This document shows, piece after piece, positions 24,539 through 38,840 of a stretch of 64,000 nt of DNA. Below the pieces are notes generated by a model that worked only from the letters and a program-made list of their open reading frames with translations, was not told where the DNA came from and ran no database searches. The stretch lies in NCBI GenBank assembly GCA_051362555.1, contig CM120642.1, forward strand, positions 3,472,001-3,536,000, given 5' to 3'. This DNA is from Lingula anatina. Lineage: Eukaryota; Animalia; Brachiopoda. How positions within the stretch are numbered: position 1 is the stretch's first letter; the number at the start of each line of letters is the position of its first letter. A program made the translations under genes and the position numbers.

Positions 24539-27500
24539 GTAAGTAAACACGGTCTTTTCTCTTTTTCATTAAAAGATAAAAAAATGATGTAAAGTTTTGC
24601 TGCTGTCATATATTCAAGGCTTGACAAACCATTTATAGATGAAGCAACTATTATTGATACTATTAATTTGTTATTGATCATTTACTGTGCTGATTTAATA
24701 TAATTGTAACACATCCTTGTTTTACATATTGCTTTCAACATAAGATTTCATGTTATTTGTGCAATTTAGTAAGATTGTATTTCAGTAAGACACATATATT
24801 CTCAGTGTTATCTTTAGATAAAGATGACAACAATAAGATGATATTCAGCACAGTATAACTCATCATTGCCAAATGTTAGTTCATATAAATGTATCTATTG
24901 CAGGTACCCTTGTCTCAGAACACATGAGATGCATAATGTTTTTGTTTTTTTTTTAGGTCAGATGAGATTTGATTTTATACAGTGTGATATTCTTTAAAAA
25001 ATGCCACATTGAGCGATTGAAGATTTGACAGCAGATGGTGAAGCTTTCTGAAACCGTTTTGTAATGTTACAAAAAAAAAAAAACATAATAGAAAAAGAAA
25101 AACTACTTCCAAATCTAGCATTGCATCACATATAATCCAAAATTTAGTTTAGAAATTATAATTTTCAATGTTAGATTTGAAGACAAATTGCTGCCATCTG
25201 CTGTAAAAGTATGATAATACTCTAAGAAAGGGTTTCAGGGTAAAGAACATACAGCTGCTGTCTGGATATTAAAACTTCGTATTCACCTTGTTTAAAAAGA
25301 TGCATTTGTGAGGCCAACTGTACTTTCACCTCTTAGCCTTAGTTTGGTGACTGTATAGATATTCACATGATATGTTAAATATGTTGTTTATTTTTGAATC
25401 CTTTAGTCATCATCTTAATATTGATTATGCTCCTGGGGATATGTATCCTGCTTTCCATTTTGTTTATCTTCTTGTTTTGATTAATGCAAATATACTCAAG
25501 TAGCATCTTGTAATTCATTTTGTAGGTCATTAATTAATTAAAAGACTTGTGATAATTGTCTGGATTATGGTAGATATTCATTTACCCTTGAATAGTGCCT
25601 ATAGCTAGCTGACAGAAATCTTCAGGTCTTGTCACACGTCATATGACAAACCTGTTGGTCGGTGACAGCAGGTGAAATATGCACTTCATTGTGTGTGTGG
25701 ACTCCATTCCTTAGATCTCATCTCAGATAAATCAACCTCATAATTCTTTGATGACAAAACGGCTGCAACAGGGGGCAGGGGGCAGGTAGCATTTCAAAGC
25801 TTTAACCCATTATATATTTCAGTACACAGGACAAATATTTCTGATGATTCATTATGTGCAGCATACCCTCCAACTTTTTTTTTTTTCATTTTTTTTTTTT
25901 GTCAGGACGTGGTGACTTCTAATGGCATTTTAAGCGAGTTTTATTTTTCTTAGGAATCATCTTGTTACATGATGTGATATATTCACTAGCAGTCTGAATT
26001 TTAAAAAAAGGATTATTTTTTTAAAATACATTCTAGAAAAAAAACTGGTTAAAATTGAAGCCTGGTATTTAGAAAATCCATGCTAGGGGCAAGGATTGGT
26101 GCCGTTTAGTGGCCTGGTCATGTTTTTGTGTTGATTATATGGTGTGATCTGCAGGTAGAATCCAGGTGCTTCAAAAGTGAACACAAATCCTTGCTGACTG
26201 AGGCAACACCCAGTCCAGGTAAGACTGCAGGGGAGACACCTGTCAACCAGAATCAGAACTACAATTATTTCCCCTCTCATGATCAAGATCAGTAGAAATG
26301 ATAAAGATTTGATCCTTCAAGTTGTGTTTTTATAAAAACCTAATAGTTTTAAGATGTAAGTAGTGTAAACACACCTACTCTGATATAGGTATCATTGATT
26401 TTGCCAATAATCATATCTGCTAGGTTCAGAATGCTGCATAACTACTCTTTATTGATTGGTTGGTCTCGCCTAAATTGAGGCCCAGTGAAAGTTGTATTGT
26501 GTATGAAATACCTGGCATATTTATTGAAAGAAAAGCCAGCGCTGCATAGGTCAACAAAGCCGAGGCAGGCATGCGCAGTGTGAGGCGAAGATTCAATAGT
26601 TGCATTGAGCTCTGTTTAGATGCTCTGCTGTGACAGACTGGGAGTACAGTCCAAACAAGGGCTATTAGCGGCCAGGCTGAAGACTGGGGTTTACCTGCTG
26701 AACCACACCTACCACTGGAGACGTATTTTAGAGTAGGAATTGAGCAAGTTGACGTTTTTATAGACAGTGTCACTGTAACACCAGCTGACATTACTGACAT
26801 CATACCTTCATCATTATTTACCTGTGATTTGTTGCAGTGATAATTGCTGCTTAACTGTCTGCAGGGTAAGTTTTACTTTGGTATATATTTTCTGTTTAGT
26901 ACTTATTATGGGACACACTTATATTGAAGACTTAATTCTTTTGCTTAAAGGTAATAATTTTGTGTCATTTATAGCTCCCTGCTATGGAGTTAGAGCCTAT
27001 TTTGTTACTGTGACATCTTAAGGGACTGATTTGTACATTCTCTTTGAGCTGACAGTTAATGACTTCGACAGTGATGAATGAAAATTGATTGGCATAATGA
27101 AATGCAGTTTTGTCCTAGTGTTGTTGAGGAAAGGTAGATGATGGAAATATGCACATGGTTGCAATAAGTCAACAATTTCAAAAGAGGGGATTCTTTTTCA
27201 GAAATAGTGCACCTTTTTTTTTTACCAAAATGACGTTGGTTGAATCTCTGTCACCCAAAAGGACACTTCTTTTAAACATTGCACCCCCCCCCCCCCAAAA
27301 AAAAAATGCTTGTGGACCTGTGACTCCACAGCTAAACTTAAATAATATGAAGGATAATGTTCCACTTCATGTCAAACTGTTATCTGAGACTTGCCTGCTT
27401 CAGCAAAAATTACATTATCATCATATATATATTTAGACCTCAGTACAAGCCAGTTTTATTCTTAAAATACATGCCATCTGAAGCCAGTATTGATCAACCA

Positions 27501-28043
27501 TTGTGGAGATCAGGTGTTACATGGCTGTAGAAGGTGTCACTCTGCAAGGCAGGCGTGTTATTGTCAGCCATTTTGAGTGACAGTTATGTAACTTATTTAT
27601 TAAGAGTTAGGGCTATATATACGTGATTGAGTATGTAATACGACTAGCATTTACAGAAGCAATAATTGTATTATTTTTTGTGCTTGCTAATATTTTAAAC
27701 AATAGGCAAAGTGGGAATCTTTTAAACTGAAATGGAGGTGCTTGATGTACAACTCCCAGATAAAAATAGAAAAAAGAAAAAAAATTAAGGTAGAATTTAA
27801 TTTGGTGCCTGGCAAATGTTAATAAACAAAGGTTCCATTTAACTTTGAAAGTAGGTTCCACTTTATGAAAGGAACTGCATGATACCGGAGCAGAAATGAT
27901 TGATAGAAATGTTTTGTGTTACCTGAGTGGACTCCTGATGAGTAAAAATAATATTTGTTTTGACTTGATAAATCATGGACATTTGTGGTAAAGGGAAACA
28001 AAGGTGATATGTATATATATCTATATATACCTATTTATTTGTA

Positions 28044-28046
<3 letters not shown>

Positions 28047-28098
<52 letters not shown>
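28047..28098. repeat. (AT)n microsatellite
   Basis: Directly visible. Confidence 0.95.
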
Positions 28099-28101
<3 letters not shown>

Positions 28102-30679
28102 AATAAATAACTTTGTAGCAGCAGTCAGAAGTGAAATATTCTCCTGAATGTAAGAGCAAGCATGACGAGCTGCATTAGCTAAGAGAAAGAGTCCAAGTTA
28201 GGGCAGACATAGCTGAGCTCATCATGAGAAGAGGACATTTTGGATACTTTCTCACATGTTTTTGTCTGGATGTTTGATGTGAAGTGATTTGTTTGTCACA
28301 GATGGCCCTGGCAGTTAGACTGACACATGCAAAGACAAGTATATAAGTGGTTATAAAACTTCATTTAGATTGAGTAGAAAGAAAGGACTATTTATTTTGA
28401 GAGTGCTGCTCTTTGAAAAGACTAAATTATTTTAAAAAACCAGCTGGTTGCACAAGTTGTTATTGTTAACTATTTTAGGTACGTTTGTATAAAGTCTAAA
28501 ATGTCAAGTAACAGACAAATTTAAATTTACAAGAAAAAAAATGAAAGTAAGCATGCTACTAGTATATGTAGGTATGTCTTCTGCATTAGGATGATACAAA
28601 ATGAGGACAAAATTTTTTGTATAGAAATGGTTCTTTATCCTTGTAATTTAGGATGAGAGGGTTTCTTTTACTTTAATGCCAATAAACTCTAAAGGATGAG
28701 CTGTTAGTGATTAAAATAGATCAGCTCATAAATATATTAGCAACAAAACTGTGAACACACTCATCCCTTTATTCAATGCTGACCACAAGTAAGCTGATAT
28801 GACGCCTCAATCAGGAGGGCGGGGCAGGTCTCAAAGGCCCACTGTGAAGACATGCTCAGTAATAAAACATGCACTTTTTTTTTGTTGAATTGACCACCTC
28901 ATTTATCCACTGTCTCTTACTGTGTCTGCTGTCTGCTTGGAATTCCCCCCTGGTCATTAGAGGGTAAAAGGTTAGACCTGGACATCAACGGCCCACTGGA
29001 CCCGAGCAGAATTTTTTCCAGGGGCGGAATTTTTAGTAACTGAAAGCATTAAAATTACAAAAAGGAATGGAGAATTAACTTCAGTTTAATGTGGGGTCAT
29101 GACAAATGATCAAATTTAATATACATGAAGTTAGGGGCAGGTCCTAGACTGGTCCAGCTGAGTTTTCTGATAAGGGAGTCTGCATTTGTGACATATGGCC
29201 ATAATAGACTTGAAATGGATACTCAAATTTCAAGAGATTTTAATGACGTTGACGACTCTGTATTGAATATATATTTGATTTATTTTGTTGCATGAATGGA
29301 TCCTGATTCAAAAAATAAATAGATGTTATGTAGATGGTATAAGTAATTAGTTTAACCAGTGGAAAAGTCGGGAACTTGAGTTGAGTCTAATAATTAGATT
29401 TGAATGAGGAACTGGTTTTTAAAAAAATGTTAAATAAACTTTTATAAATGAGGTGTAAAAGACAAATTTGTGTCTTTAGTCAGGAGTATTGACTCATGAC
29501 TATTCATTACATTGGTGTCCATGTGATATATCCACAAAGTCTGTAATTCAGAAGAGACTTGATCCAAAATATTTGGCATAATATTCAATCCTTCCTATGG
29601 AATACTCGTTTGATTTCCTTGCATTTGAAAGTTTGCATTATACAGTCTAGATTATATTGAAGTGGGACTTTAGACTTCTTAATCCCTTGGGGAGAAAAAG
29701 TTAAGCAGCTTTCAGAAGGTAAAAAGGTCCAGATGAATAGAAAGTAAATATCTTTGCAAAAAATCATCATTACCACAAAATAACCACTCATAAATAATGC
29801 TCGAATAATTTCCCTGTAAACAAGTGCTTTGTAGCGTTGCCACTCGGCTGGTTTTTGTTTGTGTCTGTTTTCTTGCATACCTAGCATATCTTATTTATTA
29901 GCAAAAGAAAAACTGGTGTTTGAATAACAGCTGAGTAGTTTCTGTGCAGCCTGCATGTGGACCCTTTTTTCACCTGATAAATAAATGCTTTACAAATCAG
30001 CTGGAAGGAGGCAACTGTCGTGTATTCTAAACAAATTCTGTAGCCATAGTAAGTGCGTTAAAGAAGTGACATGTATGAAGTCAACTCCTAGTGGAACACA
30101 CAAGTAGGGGGATGTTTTTTCAGACTTATTTTGAAACAGTACAATAGGACAGCTGCATGTTACACATAGCAAGTTAATGAAATTAAATGGAGGAAGAAAA
30201 TAAAAGCGTGCACTTTGCTAGAAGGCCAATTGCTTCGGGGTATTGAAGGATAAAATGCTTTTGTATTGAAATGAGATTGCTATCAAACTTTTTCCCAAAG
30301 ATCAGAATGACCCAGAGAGATTGTTTGTTTGTGATAGATCAGGTTGTATCGTTTGAAATGTGCAAATAATGGCATGATTTTTGTCGAAGCAGGTGTGCGT
30401 CTTGGATCATGGACACAATGTGTTATTTTATCCTAATATTCCTGACGTCTTGTTGAATGATGGCAAAATGCTTTTTGGCAACACCCAACTTCACAGGTCA
30501 AACTAGTACGTTGTAGATATTTGACCTGGATATTTTCAGTTTGTGATTAGGGATAATTCAATCAAAATTGAAGATTTAGATTTCTCTCTATACCCTAATA
30601 TGTTAGTCACAAATTTTGCTTTAAGTTCCTATTTTAAAAAAGGGAGGTAAGAAAACTTTTTGATTTTTTTGTGAAATGC

Positions 30680-30758
30680 AACTTAGTTGGCTAATTTTTA
30701 GTAGGCTAATATTTTAGCCCGAAAACTGACTTTAGCCATTTTGTGAAACAGGCCCCAG
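30680..30758. mobile_element. Probable single terminus of a DNA transposon/MITE (…TTTGTGAAACAGGCCCCAG)
   Basis: The terminal motif resembles common invertebrate MITE ends (CTGGGGCCTGTTTCACAAA), preceded by repeated ggctaat..tttag units. The partner end was not found. Confidence 0.35.
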
Positions 30759-32094
30759 AGCAAGGAGTTAGCAAGCAGGACAAGAGAGAGATTAAGAGAT
30801 TGTGGATAGAAATGATAAAATATAGTCTGTGGAGAGAGTAATTTCTAGGCCCAAGGCAGGGCAGGGAAAGAGGGGAGGGGCTTCGAGAGCACCACCCTTT
30901 AGGGCAGAAATTTAAAGGTCCACTTGGAAACAAAATTTGATTTACTACAGGTTATATTTCATCTGCCGGCCAATTTTTTCAGAAAAAGAAACCCCTTTGG
31001 AATCACTGGTAGGTTGGAGTTCAGTGGTCACAGCTGAACTGTTTATCCACCTTTCTACTCATTGACCGTCCCTGATGGTCATTGTGCAGCAGACGTACAA
31101 TGAAACAAGAATTTGTTGATCAAGGTGTTATTGTCTGGCCATCAAGGGGCCTGGCTGTTGTCGTGGATATTTATGTAACTGACTGAAAATGTGTACAGAA
31201 ATGAAGAAAAATGTTCACTGTTTTGATCGTTAATGAGGGGGTGGTGGTGGTGGGGGGGGGGGGGGGGGGGGGGCAGTTTTATGCAATGCTTAGTTAATGG
31301 AGTTACAATTTATGCACAATTAAGCTAGGTTTATACATATGCACAGGCTTCATCATGCAGATTGCAAGTATACGTTTACATCAAAATGTGTTATAAAATA
31401 ATCATCAAAAATGAAGACACTACAGCAAAGCAAATTTCCATCTCTAGGCAGATATTTTTTGTTGATTCCTCCATCATTTTATTGGAACTCTCAAATATTT
31501 TTCTGAGATCATTATGGCAAAGAAAATGATATGTTTACAGTAAGGGTGTCCTTTCAATTCCTGAATAGAGCATGCACCTTCTGCAGATATATTACACCTA
31601 GTAACATCATAACATGGCTTACTTGCCTATTGATGTTATTGGATTGCTGGGCCAAGAAAAAAAAGGCAATCAATTAAAGTTTCTTCTTTTTAGTTTTGCT
31701 TTGGCTCACCACAATTCATGTCAATAATGTGATGTGATCTGATCTAAATAAGATATGAGTAACCATGAGAGATGCTTGAGGGTTTATAAGAGAGGGAAGG
31801 TGGAATGAAGGCAATGGGTGTTGTACATTATTTCAAGAGATAATAAATGTATATACCCTTAAAATAGCATCTGGATGTGATTGCATTCTTTTCTGAAACA
31901 CTTCAGGCACCGGTTAAGTCTAATTTTTGATAAGTATTACTCTTAATTTTTTGTTGCCATTTCATGAACTGACCTCTTAAAATTTTTTTTTACTAAGTTC
32001 AAATTTGACAAAATTTTAAAGTCTACATTAACCCTGAATGAATCAGTAATAGGACATAATTTTTTTAACAAATAGGAAGATTTATAATTAAAAA

Positions 32095-32096
<2 letters not shown>

Positions 32097-32136
<40 letters not shown>
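32097..32136. repeat. (AT)n microsatellite
   Basis: Directly visible. Confidence 0.95.
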
Positions 32137-32140
<4 letters not shown>

Positions 32141-33301
32141 TGTGTAATTTTCTAAAGATTAAAATTTTCCCTAAGGGAGGTCCTGGACTTCCCCTGTTTA
32201 TCATGACATAGAGAGAGTGTATTAACCAGCCCGTCCCCTGGACATAGCTGACAGAGCAGGGAAGAATATGTGGCCTTGTGTAATATTAGTCTTTTACTGT
32301 GCAGGAGGTGGAAAGAGAGAAGCAACAATGAAAGTTTCTTTAACCCGCTGTGACACAGGGGTGTCTGAAAGTCTGTGGACACTTGTGATTGTATTTTTAG
32401 GTATTTTCTTGAAATTTATAAGACATTAAGTTTTTTTTTTTTAATTTTTATTTTTATTTTTTTTTTTAAACTTAAAATGCTGTCTACATAAAGTGTTTTT
32501 CATAGAGATTCAGAGGGAAAATGTTCAAAAATTTGTAAGGGATGCAGTTGGATAGGATTTAGGTGAAAGTAAAAAAAAAGTGGCTGAAATTTGAATGAAG
32601 ATAGTTTGAAACTTTTTGACACTCTCTGTCAATAAATGACAGGTCCAAGGAGATTATCAAATGGCAGACATTGTGTTAGGATTTCAATAGAGTATGTGCA
32701 GAGACTTGTAAAATGATCAAACCGGTTGCCATTTAATTTGTTATCCTAATGAAAGGTGTATATAACCAGTTACAGTAGACTTATCTGTGTTGGGTGGATG
32801 CCACATATCTCACATAACCTCAGCGTAAATGTTATTTTTTTCTTTTTCAAATATTATTTGTACTATTATAGTTCATTGAAGAGGGATGTAACTTGTTTTC
32901 TCCATTTTTCTATTTCGATTATTTAGTGACATTTTTTTATTGCTTCAACCCTTGTTTTTATAATATGATTAAAAACAAGCTTGATTGGACAAATGATTTA
33001 GAACCTATACAGAACCTATACACATTCGTGCATGATTTAGATCCAAGTCTATGCTCCTGTTCAATAAATCTATTAAAAGTATTTGCAGGAGGTTTAAACC
33101 ATGCGCCTGGGGTCTCTTGCTGCCTCTGTTTTAATCTGAAGGTTAGGGTCCCATGTTGACAAAACTGTTCCATACTTCTCCTGTATTGACCTGCTATTGG
33201 CTAAAGATTAACCTGAAAGTAATTACAAGCCAGGAATTTGATTGAACTAACCTCACGCTGAGAAGGTAAACTAAGTAAAGGTATGTTCACAACTTATCCA
33301 A

Positions 33302-33568
33302 CTAAGGCTTCGTTCACATGCAATGTCTATTTTCTATTTTCTATTTTCTATTTTCGGTATGTCTTATGATCACGGTCTGTGCACTGAATATCCCGCCGCG
33401 TAATTACTGGCAGCGCGAGCCAGTTACTTATAGTAACTTATAGTAACTGGCTCGCGCTGCCAGTAATTACGCCGCGGGATATTCAGTGCACAGACCGTGA
33501 TCATAAGACATACCGAAAATAGAAAATAGAAAATAGAAAATAGACATTGCATGTGAACGAAGCCTTAG
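33302..33568. mobile_element. Young palindromic MITE (near-perfect 127-bp arms, 13-nt loop)
   Basis: 33302-33428 is the reverse complement of 33442-33568 with a single mismatch seen. Ends cTA|AGGCTTCGTTCACATG ... CATGTGAACGAAGCCT|TAg. Internal (TATTTTC)n arrays. CpGs retained. Confidence 0.92.
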
Positions 33569-36500
33569 ACTGGTAGTAGTTGTGGCCCAAATGACCTGAT
33601 TACGTAGATTCCCATGTCAAGATGATAAATCCCGTAGCCAACAGAACAAATGTTTGCTGCTGTTAGTATCATTTTGAATTATATGGACTTGGTGATGATC
33701 AAGGTTTGCATGTAGTGCAACAGGCAGTTTTGCACCCATTTTGTCATTTTACGTTTTTTATCGACAGTGGAGCAGCAAATATTTACAGTGCATTTATTTG
33801 TTGGCAAGTGACTATAAACTTCCTTCAGGGCTGGCTTACATGAAGACAGGCTAAGATCGAAGATATCATCAGACATATTCCCTTTTTTTCAACCAAATTC
33901 ATACCATGCTTTCTGTTTGGATACAACTGGCTGTGAAGTAGAAATTGAAAACATGTCCATCATATCTGTCTGTTGAGGAGAGTAGTGTATCTGTCAGGAA
34001 AACTGCAGTGGTAAGAGTAGCTCAGGTGTCATGCCACTGTGTAATTAGGGTGTCTGTGGTATTGTGTGTGTCATGTGTGGGGCAGGTGGCTTTACTGGCT
34101 ACTTGTGCCATAAAAGCCTCAGACAAATTGCTTAACAGTTAGACAGACGTAGTGAGCTTGTCATAGATATGAGTATGTCTTGTCTTTGAACTTGAAAGGG
34201 AAGTGGTGATGGTGACATTTTTAGTTAATAATGGGGTTGAAATGCACAGTTTGAATTAAATTGGTATTTTCTGTAGTATATAATTGGGAAATATTTTTTG
34301 ACAAGAATGTATTTTTTAACTGTAATTATGATATTTAGTTTTCATTTATCACAATTTTCACTGATAAATCTTAGCTGACAGAATTTCGAGTGAAGTTATA
34401 GTTAAGTACCTGTGCGTGCTTCTTAACACTAGTTATAGATTTAATGGCATTTAACATTCCTCTGTGCCTGGCCAGGGGTACTTGTGTGTCCTTCTTAATC
34501 TAATTATAAGCTAGCAGCAATGCTGTGGTCAGCTTTTGCAGTAAAAAAAGCCATGTGTTTAAATCAATCCACCTGTGACATTCCTGTATAAGTTAACATA
34601 CCTGCGACCACATTGTATTGAAAATGAACAAACCCAATTCACAGTCTGAAAATGTTTCAGAATAGCATGCTCAGCAAGCTCCATTGCACGATAAGCTGCC
34701 TTACAGTTTATGGAAATTTAGGCTTTTGTTTGATATACGTCAGTCTCCATTGTTGTTAAATATTTACTGACACAAATGAAATGAGCTATGCAGATCTGCC
34801 TGGTTGTGTTTACAATCCATGCAGGTGTACTAACCAGGAAAACAAAAAACCTCTCACCTTTACCTTGAAGGGACTTCATACATGTGACCGTCAATCGGCT
34901 CACACTGAGGCTGTGCTGTTTGCCGTCTGCCTTTGGATTAAGCAGGCTCTAGAGACAGACGTTGGCTTTCAAGGTGTTTTAAGGTATGAATGTTCATCTG
35001 TTTTGTTACACATAAGTAATTTAGAGGTTATGGTTGTAAGTATTATGTGTCTTTGTGGTGAGGTTTTGTTTATGGTGGCACTGCCTCCATAGGAACAACA
35101 GGTGATTACCTGCTCACTTTGGCTGGTAAGATGGTAGATGTTTACGCAGGGCTGGCCCGGTGAACAAAAGAGTTTATAATTTACCTTTAATTTCTTTCAA
35201 GTTTTATGTCTCCCAATTTATGCTTTATTGAAATGATGGCCAATACAAGAGTTGGTCCTGTAATTGTTTATCTACATAATGTGACAGCAACAATTGAAAA
35301 CGTGCTGAATTTAAGATTAAAAGTGGTTGGCAGAAAATAGAAAGTTTGACTGATGATTGGGAAGTTCCACCTACAGCTCTATGTACCCATGTTAACCACA
35401 ACACACCTGTAACATGTGTTAAGCATTGCTTGACATTAATTTAAAGATGATAAGCTGTGGACTGAAATAAGGAGTTGAACTGGAGGGGTTTTACCCACAG
35501 GCTTGCAGACATATTTTGTCAAACACAGGTGTTTAGCAGAAGTTGACATCAAAGACTTGTGCAGGGTTAGCTGTGGACAGATAGCAAGATGGCTGCCAGT
35601 GTCACCTGCAGCTTACATGCTGTGCTTATCACAATTATACTTTATGTAACTGGTGGGCACAGGCAAGTGACATTTAAGACTAAGAGAGAACTTCATATTT
35701 TTGCTTTTGAAAGAGTTGTGTGTTGGCATAGAGGAAGATGGCTGGTTAATGGTGAGAAACATGTACCGAGTAGCTTTTGAATGTCGTCTTTATTGTGGGA
35801 TATGAAATGTCTTAAATTGAGCTTATGAGGATGCAAAAAATAGACAAGACCTACATTTTTCTAAATTTTTTTAAAATAGAAAACACTGTAATGGAATGTT
35901 AATCCAAACCATTACCATGGGTGTTTTATATCCTGATTCTATTGATACTGTGCAGGAGCAAAATGGTGTCAGTCTCTGCCAGTTTCAGTACATAACTTTT
36001 CAGTGTCATTGACGGTAGGATTGGCATTTAATTCAGCATTTTCTGTGACATGACCACTGATTGACCTCTGACTATTGTGTCACATGAAAGAAATAATGGA
36101 CCAGTCATTACTTATGTTGACTCGGTCGATTATTGCAGGTTTATTTTGCCACCCTTATACAATTATGATCGACACCGGGGCTATCTGCTGCTAAGCACAA
36201 GCACATGTCTTGTACTCACATTTTCTGATGTCTCCCCCTTTTTTCGAAGATGCAGTGTAAAATATTCCCACGGAAAGCCAAACCCTGAATGGACATCACA
36301 ACTGGTGACTTTCTGACATTTTGTCTTTCACTTATTTTGATAATATATGATTTTATGTGCACTATAAAAAAGTCATCCATTAACACATTTTATTTTTCCC
36401 ATTGGCCTTTGAATGGGACAATTTAAAAAAAAAAATGCGCCTGATGGAATTTGCCTTCTTCATTACTTCAATTAATCACAATCTTTGGCATTCTTGTTCA

Positions 36501-38706
36501 GAAGCAATATTTAGTTTATTAAGGAATTCCTATGAATATTTCATAAGACCTTCATCAGGATTTCCAATGCATGGTGAATACTAATGTGCATGTTAAAGAT
36601 TGCTGGCATGTTTCTTGTATGTTTTCAGTGGTAGAAGGTTTTTTTGCTTTATATGATGTGAAGTGTCTGGTATGGTCTCGTTCTACTTAAGTCATGTTGA
36701 AGAAAAAAATATAAGAAGAAGAATCACAATGATACTGATATTAAACACAGCTCTTTCACCACTTATCTGCTGTTTTTAATTTGAGATTTTGGTAGGGCGT
36801 AGCAGGGTGTGGTAGGGTAGAGGATTACCCCCGTGTTGACATTACGTCATATTGGTGTGAAAGATATACAACAGTTTTGATAATGCAAATGACATAAGGC
36901 TTTAGTAACAACATTGTGCAACCAAATACTACCTTCTCATAAATCCCAATCTGTGATCCTTATTTTATGGTTGGAGTAGAGCTGATATGTTATCTTCACA
37001 ACAGGTGTATCGACACTGATCAAATAGGTAATAGTTTGCAGAGAGCTTTTCACTGCAAATAGAAAGGCAGATAACTTATTACTGTTATTGCCTCCTTTTT
37101 TATTATACCCATGTTGCTATTCACTTATAGTGAGGGGTTTAATCGTTTTATATTTTGCGTTTTTTGTATTTTCATTTTCTGTTTTGTTGAAGATTCAGAA
37201 AACAGGCTTTAGTGCACTTTCACTTTCACTTGCACTTTCAGTTTTTTTTTATCTTAATTACCCTTGTGTACCTGATCTTATGCAGTCAAAACACTGTGCT
37301 TTGGAGACTGTTGGTGAAGACTTGGGTTGTAAATTACACATATAATCTTTAGATTTGATGTTATTGTTATTATTGCGGGAATTACAGTTTAATATGATGG
37401 ATATCTTTGTAAAATCTAATTGCTTTAACTTGGTAAAAAAGTTGGCCCTTTTAATTGTTCCTTTTTTAATTTGGCAATCTGAAAGCTCTCCACTTCTGTC
37501 TCTCGCCTTTCCTGGCTGCGATATCTTATGAACAGCTGCAGTTGTCTCTAAATAATGATATACATCCATTGCAAGCAGATTTTCAAAGTTTTTAACAACA
37601 GTTTGGAAGGTGATAATTTAATCTTGTTTCCTTAGAGCATAGATGCATGGAAAAATGTTATAGTACAATGCCTGCATGTGGAGTTTGCTATTTTCATTTG
37701 TAATTGTTATCCATGTTTTGTCAAGACAGTCCATCTTTGTTAGGCCCTGGGCTTTGGATTTGTACGTGTTCCGCAAGTGTCAACTTGCTTTCATAGGTAA
37801 TCAATAGAAAGCTGTCATTGGAATGTGGATCAATAAGCATTACAGTAGACAGGCATGCACTTATTCGCGCAAATGTCTGCAATTTCATGTAATGGCACAT
37901 TCTGATAGACCCATGTTTTTCTGTACTAGGTAAGTGATTGTGTAGGACAGTTTTTATAACTTCATTGAAAAGTGCGCGGACATATTCGTCGTTTGCTAGT
38001 TTAGGAGATGGTTCTTCATTAGTTTACCTTTAAATGAACAATGGTTACTATTAGATACATATTTCACACCATTCACTGTTTGTAGGTAGTTCATATTTAT
38101 TGTACATTGCTGTTATTCATTGATTGTGCTAATGATTGCAAGCGGTGATATTTTTCATTGATGGTGCTTATAATTGTAAATTCCACAGCTATGCTCTTAT
38201 TTAAAACAAGTGATGTTACTGGTGCTTATTTTCTTCTTTGTGTCAACTTTTTACCTGTTTCTTTAGGTAAACTTTATTGATGCTATTGATGGGAGCATGA
38301 TGACCCGTCCACAGACTGGTGTCAAGTTAGGACGCTGCTAAATATAGCACCTGTTTTCACCTGTGCTTGGTGATTAAGACCATTGTTTTGATTAAACGTG
38401 TTGACCTATTGACCTTGACATTTTTCTAGAATGGTGCATTGTTGGTTTGATTCAAATTTATGGTTTGTGTGGATGTTTTGTATTGGTTTTTGTTCTGGAC
38501 GATAAAACCTTAATTATTATAAAACATCAGTAGTATATTTTCTTTATTTAAAAAACATCTTTAACTGCCATGCTCTATTTTTCTTCTTTTTTTAATACAA
38601 AAATGTACTCTGCAAATACCCATTGCAATGATTTACTTCCCTTCCTTATGTAACACCCTGTTTTTAAAAGACATGGTAGATGACACCATTTGATTTATGA
38701 GGCACT

Positions 38707-38840
38707 CAGGGCTACAGCAAGTGGTATCAAAGGGTGAGCTCTTTTTTTTCTGAAAAAGTGGAACTTTTTATCACAACCTAAATCAAATTTTAACTCAGAG
38801 TGGACCTTTCTCATACCCCCTCCCCCTGCCTACCAACCTG
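38707..38840 (+). repeat. Dispersed repeat copy, same family, with both degenerate ends (CAGG...CCTG)
   Basis: cagggctacagcaag ... tttttctgaaaaagtggaac ... ccccctgcctaccaacctg. Confidence 0.6.

Noticed and set aside
24415-24681. 88-aa - strand ORF
   Set aside because: Antisense shadow of LMO7 exon 3 plus intron.
25024-25207. Short inverted match ACAGCAGATGG / CCATCTGCTGT about 160 bp apart
   Set aside because: Only ~11 bp exact and no TSD or defined termini; too weak to call a MITE.
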